Part shown: one piece after another, positions 16,766 through 25,125 of the stretch | How positions within the stretch are numbered: position 1 is the stretch's first letter | Layout of the letters: the number at the start of each line of letters is the position of its first letter | From: a virus | Taxonomy: Duplodnaviria; Caudoviricetes | Direction: 5' to 3' (one strand) | Virus record (IMG/VR): IMGVR_UViG_3300037424_001103 | Coordinates: 1 to 46,738 of that record | Length of the DNA stretch: 46,738 nt | Made by a program: the position numbers and the translations under genes | Notes under the pieces: model-generated | Databases searched by the model: none | What the model was told of the DNA's origin: nothing | Seen by the model: only the letters and a program-made list of their open reading frames with translations

Positions 16766-17398
16766 TCAAATCCCGGAAAAATCAACCTCTTTCAGATTTG
16801 CAGTTTCAGCATAATCCCAGCCATCCCATGCCACTCGGACGTTTTTCCGGGTCTCTCCCGTGGTTTTATCGGTCCACCGGTTCCATTCCGTGGTGACTAC
16901 AGCCTGTTTTCCGATAATATCAACCCCCCATGCGCGAGTGGGGATGTTCAGCGCTGATCCTGTAATTAATCCCAGTTTTTTAGCGATGAACAACCGGCGC
17001 CGCTTCATGGCATCCTTTTCTTTTGGGTGGGCCATGTTCACGGCCTCATTAATTTTCTGGCCTGCGAATTGTAAATTAGCTTTGACCTTTTCATCACCTT
17101 CAACCGGCATCCGCTTCATGACCGTTTCACCGTTGCGTTGCACTGGTTTGCCATCATCTCCGATCACCGGTTTTTCCACCTCCAACACGTCATCAATCCG
17201 GATTTCCAGATTCGCTGCAACGCAAGTATAAGCGGTCATCGCATTTTCACGGGCGATGCTTTTGACAACCGTCACCAGAAACTTCCCCACCGGCGACTGG
17301 TTAGATAGATCTTCAGACGCCGCCAAATCTTCGGCTGTCACGGTTTCATCCACTGACAGTGTATTCCAATCAAGGTCAATCGTTTTCTTCTCAGCCAT
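16766..17398 (-). CDS. Putative ssDNA-binding protein (DUF669-like)
   Basis: P.G.F.V.V..., D.IGK...V......W.DK.TGE.RKN..V, acidic aromatic tail VDFSGI; lies in the recombination cluster. Confidence 0.55.
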   Translation of the reverse strand: MAEKKTIDLDWNTLSVDETVTAEDLAASEDLSNQSPVGKFLVTVVKSIARENAMTAYTCVAANLEIRIDDVLEVEKPVIGDDGKPVQRNGETVMKRMPVEGDEKVKANLQFAGQKINEAVNMAHPKEKDAMKRRRLFIAKKLGLITGSALNIPTRAWGVDIIGKQAVVTTEWNRWTDKTTGETRKNVRVAWDGWDYAETANLKEVDFSGI

Positions 17399-17460
17399 TT
17401 TCTTTAATCTCCTAAGTTATTGTTTTTTTTGTTATTTGTTGTTGCACTGATTGAGTTAAA

Positions 17461-19191
17461 TTAAAAAGGAATATCTTCTAACGCCTTTCCAAGCAGGTCA
17501 ATAAAATACTCCGCTTGTCGTTCTGTCATCTGCACAGCGCTTGCCAGTGGTTTCCCGTCCTCGCCGGTAAACCGCGCCACTGAATTTTTCCAAACCTCAG
17601 CGGTCCAGCCTTTGGAATCCAGCAATTTCTTGATTTTGACAATCTCAATTTTCTGAGTTGAGGTCAGCATTGACCCGGATGCCCAGGCAAAACCGGTTTC
17701 TTGTTTTTCTGGCGACGATGTCTTCAATGCCGGATCGTCTCTATCTTCTCCTGGTTCAAGCCCGCCGGCGGTGGAAGCGATTTGTGTCGGCGCGTCAAGG
17801 TCAATAATCGGCGGGGTTTGGTCAACAACTATATCAATCTCACCCGCGGCTAATCGTTTTGCGACTGCCAATAAATCATCAATCGGCAGCGTGCCATTAA
17901 TTATCTGCCCAGGAAATTGTTTCCGCATGGCGTTGACGACATCGATCTGTTTCCCGACTTTTGCGACTTCATCAATCACCATGATCCTCGGATCTTCACT
18001 GTTTTCGACCTTGGATAATGGGGTATCCGCCGTCGCCGGCGGGGTCAGTTTCGCGGCAAGCCTTTCCACCGCCATGGCAACGTAAACCGGTTTATTGGCG
18101 GATGAATCCTGAACGGCGCCAGGATAATGCTTTTCCAAAAACAGCAACAAGTCGGCCTTGCACAGTCGCCCGGCATACCCAATCGCTTTTTGCAGGTCGG
18201 TAGCCGACTCAAGTTTTTCAAAAAGTTCCGAATCTTTAACGGCCGGCGTAAATCCCGCTTCTTTTTGCTCTTGAACCGGTACCTGTTCCTGCACCGGTTC
18301 AGGTTCCTCTTGGCTCGCCGCAGGCGGCGCGGTCTGCTGTTGCATGACGTAAGCCCCAGGCGCGAACTCAGCAACAAACTCATCCTCCTCCGACTCCGGC
18401 ACCACGACCCCGCCGCCAGCCGCGCGAGCTTCAGCCTCAATCTCATCCATGCCGAGCAGAAATTGTTTTTCGTCTTGTAACAATCGGAGAGTTGACTGCC
18501 GAAGCTGATCCATGGTTCCACGGTAACAAATTGATACCACCTGTACCGTGGTCGGCGACCCTGACGGGGTGATGGTGGATTTATTGGAGACCACCAGCAT
18601 CAAGGGGATACCGGCAATGTGCCCCTTAGTCGCGGCCTTGATCAAGTCGATGCCGCCCAAAATGCCCATGACCGAATTAATGCTGGTTGTCCGGAAAATA
18701 TGCACCTGGCCGAATAGATTTGCAGCGTCAATGACGCATGTGAGCGCCCCGTTTGGCTTGCATTTATCGTCCCCGGTATAATCGGCGGCGAGTCGCGGAC
18801 ACGGGCACGGTCGGGAGTTCTTAAAATCATCAAGCCTTGACCAGGACTGAACCCCGTCACCGTAGCAGGATAACTTGCCCTTGACATAGCTTGCGTACCG
18901 GGTCGGAAAATTTAGCTCGGTATCCTCATACAGCAACCGAATAGGAATGCCTATCAGGTCCCCGTTTTTGTTGATGATGCCTACTTTTTCATCCTTGATT
19001 CGGTTCATGAGCGCTTCGTCCGGCACATAATCCCCAGCCGCGTCACGCTCCGTGGTCGTAATTAAAAAATGGTCCAATCGGGTCGGCATCCGGAAAACCG
19101 TGCCGGTGGAAGACGTGGTTTCCGCGCCCTTCTTGCCGATCTTGATTTTTCCGGCCTCGTTTAATTTTCTGGGAAGGTTTTTGATTTGCAT
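17461..19191 (-). CDS. Gp3-like (recombination directionality factor-like) protein, probable ssDNA annealing protein
   Basis: GKIKIG, LDHF.IT, C.GDG, CPC...CKP.G.L, FRTTS.NS; ends DIPF; AGGAG RBS before ATG 19191. Confidence 0.7.
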   Translation of the reverse strand: MQIKNLPRKLNEAGKIKIGKKGAETTSSTGTVFRMPTRLDHFLITTTERDAAGDYVPDEALMNRIKDEKVGIINKNGDLIGIPIRLLYEDTELNFPTRYASYVKGKLSCYGDGVQSWSRLDDFKNSRPCPCPRLAADYTGDDKCKPNGALTCVIDAANLFGQVHIFRTTSINSVMGILGGIDLIKAATKGHIAGIPLMLVVSNKSTITPSGSPTTVQVVSICYRGTMDQLRQSTLRLLQDEKQFLLGMDEIEAEARAAGGGVVVPESEEDEFVAEFAPGAYVMQQQTAPPAASQEEPEPVQEQVPVQEQKEAGFTPAVKDSELFEKLESATDLQKAIGYAGRLCKADLLLFLEKHYPGAVQDSSANKPVYVAMAVERLAAKLTPPATADTPLSKVENSEDPRIMVIDEVAKVGKQIDVVNAMRKQFPGQIINGTLPIDDLLAVAKRLAAGEIDIVVDQTPPIIDLDAPTQIASTAGGLEPGEDRDDPALKTSSPEKQETGFAWASGSMLTSTQKIEIVKIKKLLDSKGWTAEVWKNSVARFTGEDGKPLASAVQMTERQAEYFIDLLGKALEDIPF

Positions 19192-19367
19192 TACTTCATC
19201 TCCTGTTTTTTGCATGTTTGATAAAAAGTATTTAATTCAAAAATGACTTCTGGTTCTAAATAAATTGTATCAGTAGGTAATTTATGTGAGTTGGCCCGCA
19301 ACTCAAGGCCAATTCCATCCCAAACCGCATAAACGCCATCCCCCAAATATGTCGCTTTCTCGGTCAA
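19191..19367 (-). CDS. 58-aa phage protein not in the ORF track
   Basis: TTG start after AAGGAGGT; MTEKATYLGDGVYAVWDGIGLELRANSHKLPTDTIYLEPEVIFELNTFYQTCKKQEMK; TAATG overlap with the next gene. Confidence 0.85.
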   Translation of the reverse strand: MTEKATYLGDGVYAVWDGIGLELRANSHKLPTDTIYLEPEVIFELNTFYQTCKKQEMK

Positions 19368-19383
19368 GCCGCACCTCCTTTTC

Positions 19384-20034
19384 TCATTCTACCAGTCCGG
19401 CAATTAAAGCCATCTGGTAGAGGTTCCAAGTAATTTCGCAGTCTTTTCCACAATAAATCCCGATTTCTTCAGTGAAACCAGCATCCCAATATTGTTGTAC
19501 TAACGCACCGTCAATCCCCTCGGTTTTGTGGTCTTTCAGAAATAACTTTGCGAAGAAGTCCAGCTTACCTTTTGCAAACTGCCCCTCACCGGCGAGCACC
19601 GGCCGTAGGTCGGTATGATTCCCGCCGGGGTGATTGTACCGGCCCGAGTCAATGGAAACCGATGGCCGAACCCCGTGGGCCATGCCGTGCAGCAACAAAC
19701 AGCGCATGTCGAAGGCCCGGCCGTTGAAACTGACGAAATGGTCAAAACCTTCAGCGACATCCCACCATGCTTCCAGCAATTGTTTTTCCGACTCGATCCC
19801 GGTCAATATGATCTGCCCAGGCCCTTGCTCGGAATACCACCCCGCACAACAGATGATATTCGTCAAAGGGTCAAGTCCCATTTCTTCCCGCTGGGCTTTC
19901 TTTTTTGACTCGATGTCAGCGGAAATCTTTTCAGGATCTTTGAACGTTTTGTTCGCCACAACTTCCGGCATGATATTGATACATGTCGGGTTTGCGATGG
20001 TTTCAAGGTCGAAAACTAAAATTTTCTTTTTCAT
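19384..20034 (-). CDS. Stand-alone 3'-5' exonuclease (PolB proofreading-like, DEDDy)
   Basis: ExoI VFDLET, ExoII FNGRAFD, H.DL, ExoIII YC.KD. Confidence 0.9.
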   Translation of the reverse strand: MKKKILVFDLETIANPTCINIMPEVVANKTFKDPEKISADIESKKKAQREEMGLDPLTNIICCAGWYSEQGPGQIILTGIESEKQLLEAWWDVAEGFDHFVSFNGRAFDMRCLLLHGMAHGVRPSVSIDSGRYNHPGGNHTDLRPVLAGEGQFAKGKLDFFAKLFLKDHKTEGIDGALVQQYWDAGFTEEIGIYCGKDCEITWNLYQMALIAGLVE

Positions 20035-20222
20035 TTTGGTTGCCTATCCTTTATCTGTTCACGATACCAGCAGTTAAAAACTCGTTTTGCATTTTCAGCG
20101 CAGGAGACTGCTGTGTTTGTAAACCCGCGCTGAAAATTATCAGCGCATTGATCGAGCCAACGGCTCATCTTCGCCCGGACTTCCGGCGGCATAGCGCCTT
20201 TGATTTTGCCATCATTATTCAT
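20031..20222 (-). CDS. Hypothetical protein
   Basis: 63-aa ORF overlapping both neighbours. Confidence 0.65.
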   Translation of the reverse strand: MNNDGKIKGAMPPEVRAKMSRWLDQCADNFQRGFTNTAVSCAENAKRVFNCWYREQIKDRQPK

Positions 20223-20424
20223 CCTGACGTTCCTCCATTACCTTCTCGGCGGAGATCTCACCACCAGACCATAATTCAATTGATCTGGCCAAAGACATCG
20301 ACACCCGCGCCCCTGACAATAATTGACTCATCCATGGGGTTGTTATCCCCAGCTTTTGGGCAACATCCCCGAGGGGCTGCCCGGTCCTAACCGCAAATTC
20401 TTTTATGTACCGCCGATCTTTCAT
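20215..20424 (-). CDS. Cro-like XRE HTH regulator
   Basis: VAQKLGIT..WMSQLLSG...S..LA..IE..SGG.I; GGAGGT RBS; first gene of the replication operon. Confidence 0.85.
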   Translation of the reverse strand: MKDRRYIKEFAVRTGQPLGDVAQKLGITTPWMSQLLSGARVSMSLARSIELWSGGEISAEKVMEERQDE

Positions 20425-20447
20425 TTGTTACCTCCATTTTTTAATTC

Positions 20448-20476
20448 AGGGTATCGCAAGAATTTTTAAAAGTCAA
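20448..20476 (-). promoter_or_regulatory. Leftward promoter (Cro/replication operon)
   Basis: TTGACT-17bp-TACCCT. Confidence 0.65.
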
Positions 20477-20489
20477 TGAAAGTTTTTTA

Positions 20490-20518
20490 TTGACAACGCA
20501 AACCTTTTTTCATAGTAT
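20490..20518 (+). promoter_or_regulatory. Rightward early promoter
   Basis: TTGACA-17bp-TAGTAT, back-to-back with the leftward promoter. Confidence 0.8.
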
Positions 20519-20672
20519 CCAATCATCAGCCAGACGCACCCGCCAGAACGGAAACGTGAAACCGGGGCGCTGATACCAGCCGCCGATAATCGCCAAACGG
20601 CAAATTGAGGCGGCAACCGTCAAGAAAAACTTGTCAGTTATGCCGCAAAACTTACCAATAATGGAGGGGATC

Positions 20673-20936
20673 ATGGGTAAAAAAGTTATCTGGAAGTTTG
20701 AGCTACCACTAACGGACGGTGGGGATATATTAATGCCCGATGGCGCGGTCTTGCTATCCGTTCAAATGCAATCCGGAGTACCTGTGTTATGGGCGATCGT
20801 TGACCCTACCGGCGAACCGAAAGCCCGAAGATTTTGCTTTATCGGCACCGGGCATAATTTTAATGATGTAAATCTAATCTTTGTTGGCACAGTTCAGCAA
20901 ACACCTTTTGTCTGGCATTTATTCGAGATACTTTAA
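20673..20936 (+). CDS. Conserved hypothetical phage protein
   Basis: IWKFEL...LSVQ.Q......LWA.VD...R.F...GTG...FVGTVQ...VWHLFE; GGAGG RBS. Confidence 0.85.
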   Translation: MGKKVIWKFELPLTDGGDILMPDGAVLLSVQMQSGVPVLWAIVDPTGEPKARRFCFIGTGHNFNDVNLIFVGTVQQTPFVWHLFEIL

Positions 20937-20972
20937 CAATTAATTCAATCACCCAACCCCACCACTCCACAC

Positions 20973-21081
20973 GGTTCGCCACCGATATAGTACCGCGGCC
21001 GGGGAAGGGTATCCATAACAATGGCCGCGCGAAGGGCGGCGCCCCCGGAAACTGATGGGTCGGCTACCGGGGGCGCGAACC
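20973..21081 (+). ncRNA. Candidate structured multi-stem RNA element
   Basis: GGTTC(GC)/(GC)GAACC closing stem encloses CGCGGCC/GGCCGCG and GCGCCCCCGG/CCGGGGGCGC stems. Confidence 0.4.
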
Positions 21082-21104
21082 TTTAATCAATGGAGGCATG
21101 AGAC

Positions 21105-21347
21105 ATGATCAAGCGAGAAATAGATATCTCCGTAACACTGACAGTTGAGGAGATTGCGGCAGAGTTTATAGATATGGATGAATTCCAGATGTCTGTATTT
21201 TTCAATGAGGTTTCACGGCTTTCAAGTATGTGGGGAAAACCGTTTTGTTTCCAACTCCAGGGTCTCACCGATTGCCAGTTGTTGTCGGATGGCGGCAGGC
21301 GTATCATGGAGCAAATTGGTGAATATTCCGCTAAAAGCAAGTATTAA
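21105..21347 (+). CDS. Hypothetical protein
   Basis: 80-aa ORF, GGAGG RBS. Confidence 0.8.
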   Translation: MIKREIDISVTLTVEEIAAEFIDMDEFQMSVFFNEVSRLSSMWGKPFCFQLQGLTDCQLLSDGGRRIMEQIGEYSAKSKY

Positions 21348-21381
21348 CTGTATCAGCCTTTAACAGAATGGAGGATATTGA

Positions 21382-21546
21382 ATGTGGAAAAGTGGCAGAA
21401 AATCAACATCTGGAAACGTGGGCATTGTAGGGTTGTTGCTATCCGTTATCGTCGTCGGATTGGCCGCATGGATTATTATCGTGACGCATCCGGCGAAGGT
21501 GCAAAGCCGGCCAAACTGGAACTATCCGCAAACGCTGGGAAGGTGA
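21382..21546 (+). CDS. 54-aa single-pass membrane protein not in the ORF track
   Basis: GGAGG RBS; MWKSGRKSTSGNVGIVGLLLSVIVVGLAAWIIIVTHPAKVQSRPNWNYPQTLGR. Confidence 0.75.
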   Translation: MWKSGRKSTSGNVGIVGLLLSVIVVGLAAWIIIVTHPAKVQSRPNWNYPQTLGR

Positions 21547-21550
21547 CACA

Positions 21551-21769
21551 ATGAGGTCCACCGAAATTGGCACTGTTGTCAGATGTCAAGAAAGAGATTA
21601 CAAGGTCACGGAAATAGACGTTGAATATGGATGGGTGTCCGGTGTCGTCAGAAGAAAAGACGGGTCGTTCGGAACCGGTAAGCGGAATCTATATAATCAA
21701 TGGTCTCTGAATGAAACAGCACCAACCGAAATTGCCCGGCTTCGCGCCGCCGCCGAATTGAGGATTTAA
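21551..21769 (+). CDS. Hypothetical protein
   Basis: 72-aa ORF in a tightly packed operon. Confidence 0.75.
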   Translation: MRSTEIGTVVRCQERDYKVTEIDVEYGWVSGVVRRKDGSFGTGKRNLYNQWSLNETAPTEIARLRAAAELRI

Positions 21770-22036
21770 ATGAAAAGATGGAGATCCCCAGAAGCAAAAC
21801 CAGGGGAGATTAAAGTCCGATATGGCAAGCTGCAACACGACGCACCAGACATTTGTTATGCTTGGGGTGAAGGTACATCGAAAGCGGATACCTATCTTCT
21901 ACACTATATTTTTTCATCGGTACGCTTCCGACCGGGCAGTTTTGAGACCGACATAAGTTTATACGATGAGCTTGAAAAACGCGGGTATGATTTGGAAACC
22001 ATAAAATTCAGCATCCAAAAAAAGATAAGGCCGTAA
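21770..22036 (+). CDS. Hypothetical protein
   Basis: 88-aa ORF, GAGG RBS. Confidence 0.8.
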   Translation: MKRWRSPEAKPGEIKVRYGKLQHDAPDICYAWGEGTSKADTYLLHYIFSSVRFRPGSFETDISLYDELEKRGYDLETIKFSIQKKIRP

Positions 22037-22266
22037 TGAAACAGATCAAACTCCCAGGCTTCGCGCCGCCGCCCGTCTCTCGTTGCCGGGTGTGCGGGCG
22101 GAGGCTTACGGATGCAGAATCGATCTCCGCAGGCATCGGGCCGAAGTGCAAGGCGGCTGAGGATGCCAAGGAAGAAGCTTATTTAAAGGAAATATCAGGA
22201 TTTAACATAATAACCGGAAGAGACATCAACCGGCTTTTGGGGATTATCGAAAGGCTAAAACAATGA
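22036..22266 (+). CDS. DUF6011-like zinc-finger protein
   Basis: RCRVCGRRLTD.ESI..GIGP.C. Confidence 0.8.
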   Translation: MKQIKLPGFAPPPVSRCRVCGRRLTDAESISAGIGPKCKAAEDAKEEAYLKEISGFNIITGRDINRLLGIIERLKQ

Positions 22267-22523
22267 ATAACAGCTGCGAATGCTCGACGTGGGCGAGGAC
22301 TGAACCGCCATTATTTACAGAACACCATCCACGGTGTCAGAAATATGAAAAAAAAATGATCCGGGTATGGACGGTTACCCCTGGTGTTGGCCTCTCCCCC
22401 TGCACAGAAAGAGACCTTGGTGCCGTGATTGAATGGATAAGACCGGGGGAAACAATAAAAATCGTTGTCAGAGTGATTGACGAGGCCGTTTACAACGAAC
22501 TGCCTGAATATGCTGGACCGTAA
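22263..22523 (+). CDS. Hypothetical protein
   Basis: ATGA overlap; CEC..W...HHPRC. Confidence 0.75.
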   Translation: MNNSCECSTWARTEPPLFTEHHPRCQKYEKKMIRVWTVTPGVGLSPCTERDLGAVIEWIRPGETIKIVVRVIDEAVYNELPEYAGP

Positions 22524-22524
22524 T

Positions 22525-22758
22525 ATGATAACCAGAAAAATACGTTGCCCGGTGTGCCGGAAAGCGCCCATTCGATACGTAGAATTCCACTCCTTCTACA
22601 TCACATTCTCCGTTGATGAAAACAGCAACCCAGATATTGATAGTGGAATAGGAGAGCCGGGGATACCTGACGGTGTTAAAGCACGGTGTAAATTTGGGCA
22701 CTATTGGGTTTTACGTGGAGTGTACCAAATAACTGATCTGCTGGAAGGAGAGAAATGA
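22525..22758 (+). CDS. Hypothetical zinc-ribbon protein
   Basis: CPVC...C..GH.W; ATG 1 nt after the previous stop. Confidence 0.7.
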   Translation: MITRKIRCPVCRKAPIRYVEFHSFYITFSVDENSNPDIDSGIGEPGIPDGVKARCKFGHYWVLRGVYQITDLLEGEK

Positions 22759-23321
22759 ACGACAAGATAATATTTGAAGACGACCAGGAATCAGCGACCT
22801 ACCGCACGGACATATCGGGCTGGGTTGACGCGAACGGGTTATATTTTGGTGATAAGGAACGGACGGCACGGTATTCCGGTTCAACGCATCGGCGTTGCGA
22901 GAAGTGCGGGCATGTTTTCAAGAAAAACGCATACTGCCGGCCATGCCGAGAAGAGATCAAGAAAGCTCAATTCCTCGCCATGCCGAAGAAAAAATGGGAC
23001 GGGTCTGGTTGCGTGTATTCCCTCACGGACGATAAGTATTTTTGGAGCATGGATGAAGTCGACGATTTTTGCTACAACGAGGGGCTTGATGATGATTTAG
23101 GAGTAATCCATCGTGAAAAATTGGAACTCGTGATCTGTGAACCAATTTACGCCCGTGAAATCCCGGAAGATTTTTATTACGATGATCTTCCAGAAGATTC
23201 TTCGTTGGAAGAGGCGAGCCCAGAATTGTTTCAAATAGTGAACAATTTCAACCACGTAATCCACGAAGAGCGTATTATTCTATCTTGGCAACCTGGCAAA
23301 TTTGCTGTGGAGTGCGAATGA
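22755..23321 (+). CDS. Conserved hypothetical phage protein with zinc finger
   Basis: GWV...G...G..E..AR..G.TH..CEKC...CRPC; AGGAG RBS. Confidence 0.85.
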   Translation: MNDKIIFEDDQESATYRTDISGWVDANGLYFGDKERTARYSGSTHRRCEKCGHVFKKNAYCRPCREEIKKAQFLAMPKKKWDGSGCVYSLTDDKYFWSMDEVDDFCYNEGLDDDLGVIHREKLELVICEPIYAREIPEDFYYDDLPEDSSLEEASPELFQIVNNFNHVIHEERIILSWQPGKFAVECE

Positions 23322-23492
23322 CGAGGCCGGAGCTTGAGCGGTGTCTGATATGTGGGGGAAAACTGAATCACGACGAGCGGCGCCAGGGGTGCTACTGCCA
23401 ATTTAATCCATAGGTAGGCGCGGCTCGACAATTTTATGTCCAGTTCGGCCGGGATATCCAGAAAACGTTCACCCATGACAGAGCCGCTGAAA
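23318..23492 (+). pseudogene. Degenerate fragment resembling the N-terminal arm of a tyrosine integrase
   Basis: MTRPELERCLICGGKLNHDERRQGCYCQFNP*VGAARQFYVQFGRDIQKTF... with in-frame TAG at 23411-23413; resemblance to Desulfobacterota phage integrase N-termini is from recall. Confidence 0.45.
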
Positions 23493-23557
23493 CTATGTTT
23501 TTAGACCAAGATTATCAATCTCCTTCTGACACTCATCGAGGGTCGCGCAAAAAAGTA

Positions 23558-24925
23558 CTAAGTCCTAAGGCATAAACGCCCGCCGAAATTCGAATACGAA
23601 ATCGAAGAGGGGTCATTCGGAAGCCAAAAGAACGCGCCCGCGCGCAGGCCGTAAGACGCATGCCCGCCACGAAGGACTATCCGCCACCCAATATCAGGAT
23701 TGTCGTTAAAATAGGTGTAATAATAATCAGATAGCCCAGTAGAAGAACTCCCTCCGGCTACGCCACCAGGTAAAAAAAGCCCTTGCGTTGTAGTAGAGAT
23801 CGTTCGCTCATAGCCATCGGTTTCAGCGAGCAAGCCCACCAGATCGTAATTAGTGTCAGTATCGCTGGCAAAATTAGCCGGGTCAGCGCAAACATAGGCA
23901 CGTGATCTGTCTGCTGTTGAATTGTGGACATTGAATCCATCCACGAATTGCCAGATATGTCCCCAGAAATTCTCTATGCCAAACAGATTGACATATTGGT
24001 TAATTCTAATGCAGCGCCATAACACCGTCCCGTCTGCTGTGTCGTCTCCTATTGTTGTGCCCCATGGCGCGGGCTCGCCGACATCGGTCGTTCCAGCTTG
24101 TACGACCTCGTAGGTATAATTGTTAGCGCTGGTCGGCGTACATAACGCGCCCAAAGATTTTGCTCCAGAACTCCAAACCGGCACCGCTGCGCTGTTATTA
24201 CCGTTGGCATTCCCGATAGAGTTGCTATTCCCGGTCAACGCTTGCGGCAAACCAGGCCATACCGCATACTGATCAATACCTCGGCCAACAACAGCCTGTG
24301 AATCCATATCGGCGTATTGAATCACCATCAATCGCTGGATGAGGTCATCCGGCCAAAAGGATTCTTGATGCCAACCGGCCCCCCGTGCCGCTGCCGCTGT
24401 CCTGAATTGGTCTATGGTTTGGTTAACCGTTGGGAGCACTCCAGATATTGAACAGAGTTTCCCGCCGGTAATGTACCCTTCGTAAGCTCCGACATAAACT
24501 TTCCCGGATGCCGAAGAAAACGCCGGATGAAGAGAATATCCGGGCAAAGGCACTTTGGCGATACGCCACGAATGCACAGGGTCAGCCCAAGCATATTTGA
24601 TGTAGACGGGGTCAAACTCGCTCATCACCTGCCCGTCAGTACCATCAAGCACCGCCGCCCCACCGTCAGTAATATTGACAGTCGTGTCGTTCGGATCGCA
24701 GTAGTAATTAACGGTTTTGTTATCTGCTACGAGGCATCTCCTGCCACCGAACGGAAACAAATAGTCAGCGGGTTTTACGCCAAGAGCCGTTTCCGTAAAC
24801 GGAGGATACCCAAGCCTGGTATATGCATCCGTTGTCTGGTTCCAGGCAACGCCGTATTCCGCAGTGTACCCGCCGCCACCGTTGCCGCCAAGATCGGGCT
24901 TTAGTGTAAGATTCATCCCGCCCAT
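23558..24925 (-). CDS. C-type-lectin-fold (Mtd/FGE-like) receptor-binding protein of the DGR-target type
   Basis: YGV.W, LDGTDGQVM.E, HPAF, YVGAYEG, GIENFWG.IW.FVDG, C-terminal LRGG.A..G..AG.F......S...SNFGGRLC. Confidence 0.82.
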   Translation of the reverse strand: MGGMNLTLKPDLGGNGGGGYTAEYGVAWNQTTDAYTRLGYPPFTETALGVKPADYLFPFGGRRCLVADNKTVNYYCDPNDTTVNITDGGAAVLDGTDGQVMSEFDPVYIKYAWADPVHSWRIAKVPLPGYSLHPAFSSASGKVYVGAYEGYITGGKLCSISGVLPTVNQTIDQFRTAAAARGAGWHQESFWPDDLIQRLMVIQYADMDSQAVVGRGIDQYAVWPGLPQALTGNSNSIGNANGNNSAAVPVWSSGAKSLGALCTPTSANNYTYEVVQAGTTDVGEPAPWGTTIGDDTADGTVLWRCIRINQYVNLFGIENFWGHIWQFVDGFNVHNSTADRSRAYVCADPANFASDTDTNYDLVGLLAETDGYERTISTTTQGLFLPGGVAGGSSSTGLSDYYYTYFNDNPDIGWRIVLRGGHASYGLRAGAFFWLPNDPSSISYSNFGGRLCLRT

Positions 24926-25125
24926 TATTTTTTCCTCTTGTCAACAAGACCCTTTTCAATACAGAGATCATCTACGACTTTTTTTGCTGTCATTTTTGCG
25001 ATTTTCCCAAGTGCAGCAAGGGTGCTCTCAAAAATGATCTCAGTACCAGGTGGCACCGCAACTTTGCTTTTTTCTGCCACTTCAATTTCTCGCACTTCGC
25101 CATCAATAATCTGAATATGCACCAT
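24925..25125 (-). CDS. Hypothetical protein
   Basis: 66 aa; TAATG overlaps on both sides. Confidence 0.7.
   Translation of the reverse strand: MVHIQIIDGEVREIEVAEKSKVAVPPGTEIIFESTLAALGKIAKMTAKKVVDDLCIEKGLVDKRKK

Noticed and set aside
23411-23413. Stop-codon recoding (TAG read-through or alternative genetic code)
   Set aside because: Core genes are full length in code 11 and no suppressor tRNA is visible; a single nonsense mutation in a relic is simpler
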